Program-made: the position numbers and the translations under genes
In this document: positions 57,219 through 64,000 of the stretch, one piece after another
How the letters are laid out: each line of letters starts with the position of its first letter
How positions within the stretch are numbered: the first letter of the stretch is position 1
NCBI GenBank assembly: GCA_951406725.2
Contig: OX597818.1
Span: 31,186,001-31,250,000 of the forward strand
Direction of reading: 5' to 3'
Source of the DNA: Octopus vulgaris
Lineage: Eukaryota
DNA length: 64,000 nucleotides
The notes under the pieces: model-generated
The model's database searches: none
The model's input: only the letters and a program-made list of their open reading frames with translations
What the model was told of the DNA's origin: nothing

Positions 57219-57725
57219 GGAGGAGGAGGAGGATTATGATGATGATGGTGATGATAATGACTGTGATGGTGATTATCTCAATATAATGCTAATGGCTATG
57301 ATGTTGTTTATAATGCTAACACCAAAGCCACACCACAATGAACGCCATCACCATCGCCTCCATCATTATCATTTCCATCACCATCACCACCAGTATCAAC
57401 ACTGTAATCAATGTCACCCGCCAGCACCATTAATGGTATCATCACCATCACCGCTACCATTAAGGCAACCATCACCACCACCACCATTATCACCACCACT
57501 ACCACCACCACTACCACCACACCACCACTACCACCACCACTGCCACCACCACCACCACCATCACCACTACCACCATCACCACCACCACCACCACCAAATA
57601 ACTATCCCCCACCACAATAACCAGCACCACCACTACCACCGCCGCCGCCGCCGCAGCCGACGCCACCACCAACACCACCACCACCACCACCACCACCACC
57701 ACCAACCACCACCACCACCACCTCA
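57110..57725. repeat. (GAT)n and (CCA)n trinucleotide tracts
   Basis: Seen directly. Confidence 0.9.
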
Positions 57726-58124
57726 ACCACAAAAAAATACAGAAACAGTATCAGAAACTACAACAATAGCAACAGCAATAGCCACAACAAACAAATATAA
57801 CCATATATTAATAGTGAATTTTGAGTCTTTTACAGACATTTTTAAACAAATATTTACAAAACTAGGAGAAAATCCAATTCAAATCTTAAAGTAAAAAAAA
57901 AAAAAAAGAAATCAGTTGGAGAGTAACTTTCTTGGTTTGTTCGATGAATTACCTCCCCTGCCTCCTTGAATAACAAACATTCGCCATCATACCAAAATAC
58001 ACATTCAACATAATGTACAAGCTTGCCTCATTTATCAAACGGACGATGGAATGCACAGAGCGTGTTCTGGGTTCTGGGTATTCAAACAAAAAAAATATAA
58101 TTTTAATATATATATCACTCTCAA

Positions 58125-58193
<69 letters not shown>

Positions 58194-58206
58194 GTCTGTC
58201 CGTCTG

Positions 58207-58253
<47 letters not shown>

Positions 58254-58266
58254 GTCTGTCTGTCTG

Positions 58267-58317
<51 letters not shown>

Positions 58318-58734
58318 ATCTATCTGTCTGCTTGTCTCCCTGTCTGTCTTCCTATCCGTCCATCCGTCCGTCTGTCTGTTCGTCTGTCTGTCTGTCCGAC
58401 TATCTGTCTGACTTTCTGTCAGACTGTCTGACTGCCTGTCTGACTGTCTGTCTGCCTGACTGCTTTCTCTCTCTCTCTCTCTCTCTCTCCCACTCTTTCT
58501 CTGTCTCTCTCTGTCACTCTTTCTCTCTATCTATCTAACTGTACTAATGTTTGTTCTTATGGCGCGTTATATGGAAAACAATTTTACATAAAACTGAATG
58601 ATTATTCAATACTTTTTGTAGAGTACATTTTTATTATTGATTAACAAGAACAATGTTGGCTATGACTTCGAAGTTTCGGCCTGTTTCATAAAGGCTAGGC
58701 AGACACTGTCTTCACTATTCCTGTGAAAGAAGAA

Positions 58735-58826
<92 letters not shown>

Positions 58827-59971
58827 CTTCTATTTTTTCCGTCGAATGGAAATATTAGACTTCTTTAGCCGATACACATTATTATTATTTTTGCAGAAAT
58901 TTCTGTCGTAACTGCTTCTCCTTTTAACGCATGACACATATGTTTGCTTTAAAAAATGCACTAAAAATATAGCTCTTTAATCTAGCGAAAGGGTGTGGGT
59001 GGGTAGTTTGGTGTATTCAGTTGGCACACTTCTCATGAATAAAAGTGGTGTAGGTTCGATTCCCATGCATACTAAATATGTACACACGCGTGTAATACAA
59101 AACTTCACTGCGAGGTAACTTTCATCAGTTGTCGACTGCAGATTATTCAATTTTAGCATTTTCCACGGGTGTTACAAGGAATGGTCGAGCACTTTTGGCC
59201 TACTATAGGACAGTGTTTCCATCATTACTTACGCTCATATTGCAACAAACTGGGCACAATTTAACCACACAAATTACAGAGAAACTATTTTGTTTTACAC
59301 TCACTAAAAATTTGTTCGTTGCACCGGCTTTGGTTTATGTCTGACATACATCTGTGATACATATGATGTATCATGTTTTACTGTTCTTCCTAAGTCGTAT
59401 GGCAACTAGGTAGGACATACCGTATCTCGCTACAACACAACAGCCGCACATTGCTGACCATTCTCTCACACGGTTCCCTAAATCCTCTATATTTTAGTGC
59501 CTTTCTCACTTGTGTTAATTCAAATGATCCTACTTAGATAACGTCAGTTTTAAATAATCAGATTTTTAAAAGTCCGATAAAGCCATATTGAAAACACAAG
59601 TCATACTGCAATCGTTATTGTAATATGGCCTGAGAAGCCAGCCACTTTTCAGCTGCACAATCCACCCTAGCATTATGAAGAAGTCAAGATGACGGTTTTT
59701 CTTTGTATGAACATTTTCGCTGTCCTTTCTCAGCTTTTTTGTAGAAAACAACCAGGCGCAATTTTGTGTTGATTTCTACTGCATTGGTGCCACTGTTTTG
59801 TATTATGAGTTCATCAATAAGACTATTCGGAAATTCGTCTTAACATCAAGAATACTCATCAACAATAACTTACATGTTGCCAGGACATGCTCCCGCTGAT
59901 GAATAATGTCTGCAGTGAAGATATTCAGTTCCACTCCTTCCTACCTTGTAATATCGTCCTTCCATTTCCAG

Positions 59972-60041
<70 letters not shown>

Positions 60042-60170
60042 CAATATATGCGTGTATGTATAAGAGAAAAGGTTAGTCAGGATTTGGATAAAAACTATTT
60101 AGCACTTTCACCTCGCTAAACAAATAGTGCTTCTTTTTAGATACGTGACTACCTTCTTTTTCTTAATATA

Positions 60171-60285
60171 TATGTGGTCTGATCAATAAATATCTGGACT
60201 GTTGCCATAGTAACGTAGCTGGAGTCGCAGAGTAAAACCGCTTGACACAGATTAAAATTGAACTCTTCTGTATAGGTACACTGAG
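60171..60285 (+). mobile_element. One-ended copy of the mariner-derived MITE
   Basis: tatgtggtctgatcaataaatatctggactgttgccatagtaacg matches the 23051 TIR. Confidence 0.7.
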
Positions 60286-60338
<53 letters not shown>

Positions 60339-60475
60339 TATCGTGTACATTAAGACACATCAAGAGGCTTCCATCATAGGAAAGCCTTGTGCTAGAAAGA
60401 GCAGTAAACAACACTAATTAGGGATAAATTCACGAAGGGAAAGAAAATTAAAAACATTTACCAGCTAATGTAGTT

Positions 60476-60541
60476 CCTAGACTATGGTTTCTGACTTATT
60501 TCAGTAAAAAAGATTTACTGAGGCCAGTCTTCATCAGTAGG
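60476..60541 (-). ncRNA. Type I hammerhead ribozyme
   Basis: Minus strand: ccta CTGATGA a-gact..tcagtaaa/tttactga..agtc-a GAAA ccatag TC tagg. Confidence 0.75.
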
Positions 60542-60954
60542 TAGCCTTTAGATTTTAAATATACACACAACGAGATTGATTCCGCATTTAAACCCATTAT
60601 CTGTATATTCTAACTTTTCAAATCCACCGCGCAGATGCAGCTTATTTCCGGAAACAGAGAGGATGCCGGTAAAACTTCGAATAAATTTATCAAAAATCAT
60701 TTAAACATAATAAGTAATATTAGGGTAATAAGAATTATTGAAAGTTTTATTACCAGTGGCCTAGCGCAAATAAAAAAAGGTCAATAGACTATATATTATT
60801 CATATCAAAATATCGTGTACATTAAAAGACATTAAGAGGCTTCCATCACAGGAAAGCCTTGCGCCAGAAAGAGCAGTAAACAACTCAAACCACTTATTAC
60901 GGATAAATTCACGAAGGGAAAGAAAATTAAAAACATTTACCAGCTAATTTAGTT

Positions 60955-61021
60955 CCTAGACCATGGATTCTGACTTATTTTAGTAAAAAAATATTTTCTG
61001 AGGCCAGTCTTCATCAGTAGG
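60955..61021 (-). ncRNA. Type I hammerhead with GAAA>GAAT mutation
   Basis: Minus strand: ccta CTGATGA ... GAAT ccatgg TC tagg. Confidence 0.6.
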
Positions 61022-61247
61022 TAGCCTTTAGATTTTAAATATACACACAACGAGATTGATTCCGCATTTTAACTCATTATCTGTATATTCTAACATTTCA
61101 AATCCACCATGAAACCATTTAGACGTGTAAAGCTTGAAGCCGATGGGCAAAAGACTAAACTAGCAAATAATCTAGAAAAATAATTGGTGGGTTAATCTTT
61201 TTTTTATAAGTGTACCTCTTCTCTTCTTCTATTTAATGAATTTGTAT

Positions 61248-61367
61248 TCATTCTGATGAAGCTCCATGCACTAGATCGGATGTGCTATAAAGATGACGAA
61301 TATTATTTTCGGAATTTTCTTTAGAGGCAGCGACTGACATTGGTAAGTGAAACGGCCGTAAGCAATG
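61248..61367 (+). ncRNA. Hammerhead-like motif with long stem II region
   Basis: CTGATGA at 61253-61259 ... GAAA cggccg TA at 61349-61360; palindromic stem III, poor stem I. Confidence 0.45.
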
Positions 61368-62485
61368 TTAAAGTATTGTATTAAAAAATAATTAAACCAA
61401 TTTGTTTGTTGATCAAAAGTTTTCGCTATTTTCTGCTTATTATATATGTATGTACGTATGTATGTATGTATGTATGTATGTATGTATGTATGTATGTATG
61501 TATGTATGTATGTATGTATGTATGTATGTATGTATGTATGTGCGAGTGTGTGTGTGTGCGTTTCTCGAGGTTCTTTTTGAGATATTTCCTTTGTTCAAAA
61601 AATTTATCTGGCTCCTTTCATTACTTCTAATGGGTTAATTCTACAAAGAAATGAAATTAAGTGATTTCCCAGCTCTTAAATAGTGTATGCATTTTTTTGA
61701 ATACCTCGTATATTTATATATGCATATACGTAATACATACACACATGCATGCATATATACACACGCACATTTATACATACATACATACATACATGCATAC
61801 ATACATATACATGCATTCATACATACATACATACATATATACATACACGCGTACATACATGTGTATCTCAATGTGTATAAGCAAATAGGTTGTTGCCAGC
61901 GCATATATCGTATGTGCATCTGCCACGTTTATGTTATATCTTAACTGCATATTTTATTCTGAAGACGAATGACATGAGAAACATCGATTTATCATCCGGA
62001 CCACTGTTTGCCGATCTAACTTTTAGATATATTTCAATGTGATAAAGACGATAACTCATACGCTCAAAGATTTCATTTGTCAGATTTTTGATACATCCTA
62101 GATTTGAGTGTGGATTAAATGTTATCTTCTAGCATGTAACCGAATTATACATACACACACAGATATACATTCATGCATGCATGGTTGCATACATACATAC
62201 ATACATACATACATACATACATACATACATACATACATACATACATACATACATACGTACATACGTACGTAAGTAGGTACATATACACACAGACACGCAC
62301 AAATAAACAAACAGATGAAGAAGCAGACACATACATGTTTCTGCGATTAAGCAGTGTGCTTCAAAATTGCGTAGTTTCGGGTTCTGTACAACTGCTTGGC
62401 ATCTTGGAAATGGCTCTTCTATAGCTCCTGGACGACTACTGTCCTGAGAGTGAGCTTACCACATGGGAAATTATGCCCAAACCAG

Positions 62486-62521
<36 letters not shown>

Positions 62522-62525
<4 letters not shown>

Positions 62526-62810
62526 TGGTTGTCTACTCCTTATGCAGAATCTGACCACCTGCTGTACCTACATCCTAGATCCATCATGGCTTCTGTTGTA
62601 GCTTTTTAAACCAGACGAAGTTATGATAAGGCATCCACATAGATTGCATATCCGATTTGGACCCGAAGAATTGCAGTTAAGTTCTGATCTTTCTGGATCT
62701 AAGAATGTCTCTTGAGTCCTCCATTAGATTTGCAGATCTTATGGCATATATGATATTGAGACGTGAGCACAGACTCATACGCAGAATAGATGGCGGAGGT
62801 TTGTTCTTCA
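62522..62810 (-). pseudogene. RTE-like LINE 3' end with C2H2-like finger
   Basis: YHICHKICKSNGGLKRHS resembles the C..C.R.C.S..GL..H terminus of RTE ORFs. Confidence 0.55.
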
Positions 62811-62814
62811 TATG

Positions 62815-62881
<67 letters not shown>

Positions 62882-63046
62882 ACACGCATACATTGACGGA
62901 GACACACACGTACATTTCGAACGAATCCCCTGCGAGTTAATGTGTGTATATATATAGTTTATATCAAGATTTTAGTGGCATACCAATTTGAGCACTCAGA
63001 GTATATACTTATTAGTTTGAGTCACCTTGAGAAAAGCGCCTCGTAC

Positions 63047-63097
<51 letters not shown>

Positions 63098-63579
63098 GTA
63101 TATATATATTTGTAGTAAGGGCAACTACTGGGTAGCGCCATATGCTCTATAAAATGAAATACTCTGTATTAAGTTTTACCTAAATAGTTTTTTTACATGC
63201 TAGTACATGATAAAATCCTATATAGATTTTAACCTTGATTATAATATGTGTGTGTGTGTGTCTGTGTGTGTTTGTATGATTAATATCTGATCGACAATGT
63301 CGTAGTGTGCTCTAACTCAAAGCGGTTAGTGGATTCCTCCTGGGGTACGGGTGGATCACCATTTTTTGTCTTGTAATTCTATTTGTTACTATTAACAACA
63401 TCTCTGTAAACATACATATACTCCTTTAATTATTTCATGTAATTAAAAGAAAAAACCCATTTTAATATATTATGTAAAGTCTATACTTCTTTCTCTTTTA
63501 TATAAGTTAACTTTATCCAACGTCACACGTTTTGTGACACGTTTGTAAGTGTTTAATTATTGTACGTATGGATAGACTC

Positions 63580-63890
63580 CTGGCGGCAATAAAACAGAAA
63601 TTATTATGATTAGAGCGATGGACAAGATGCTTAGAGCCATTTCTTCTAGCTCTTTACCTTCAAATTCTGTCGAGATCGACTTACCTTCCACCTTTCTGGA
63701 TCGATAAAATAAGTACCACTAAATTTGTTGGCATTCGGTACCATTACTGATGGTACCAGAATTTTGGTGCCATTACTGATTTTGGTGACAAGACTGCTGA
63801 ATCGTTAACACAGAATGTTTGACGAAATTTTTTCTGTCTTTACTTTCTGAGTTCAAATTCTTACAATGTTGACTTTGCCTTCATCTTTTT
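63580..63890 (+). mobile_element. Two diverged Nin-domain-like SINEs
   Basis: ttcaaattctgtcgagatcgactt..gatcgataaaataagtacc and ttctgagttcaaattc..gttgactttgccttcatc. Confidence 0.6.
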
Positions 63891-63902
63891 TTAATTTTTT
63901 AT

Positions 63903-64000
63903 GCGCCCTTTTCAAGCCTAGCCATGTTCATGGGCTCGTTTTCCCGGTTTCTTTGGCGTATGTGTCCCCCATGCTGGACGGGACGCCAGTCCATCGCAGC
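63903..64000 (-). mobile_element. 3' part of V-domain-like SINE (runs off the window)
   Basis: gggacgccagtccatcgcagc and ttcaagcct match 14944-15034. Confidence 0.75.

Larger units (their letters stand above)
60337..61108 (-). mobile_element. ~295-bp direct repeats, each with a hammerhead (pLTR/retrozyme-like)
   Basis: 60337-60628 matches 60809-61108; hammerhead motifs at 60476-60541 and 60955-61021. Confidence 0.75.

Noticed and set aside
57064-57894. 276-aa poly-Asp/His/Pro ORF
   Set aside because: Trinucleotide repeats with a TTG start and no domain

Overview
AT-rich, gene-poor eukaryotic DNA (intergenic or intronic) full of (TA)n, (CA)n, (TATC)n, (GA)n and trinucleotide microsatellites, which explain almost all ORFs in the track. 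The repeat families resemble those of Octopus/coleoid cephalopods (inference). Real coding remnants are all transposon-derived: CR1-like, L1/Tx1-like, R4-like and RTE-like LINE pieces, Penelope-like (PLE) RT and GIY-YIG pieces, a Helitron 5' part and a decayed mariner. There are also several tRNA-derived SINE families and MITEs. No intact host gene is seen; one weak candidate exon lies at 23735-23947. The main signal is RNA structure. There are about ten type I minimal hammerhead ribozyme motifs, some in PLE- or retrozyme-like repeats. There are also three highly diverged copies (20477-20546 +, 22696-22772 +, 49331-49404 -) of a motif that holds all hammerhead core segments in a non-circularly permuted order, with compensatory changes across its four helices. 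All calls were made by eye; no folding or database search was run.
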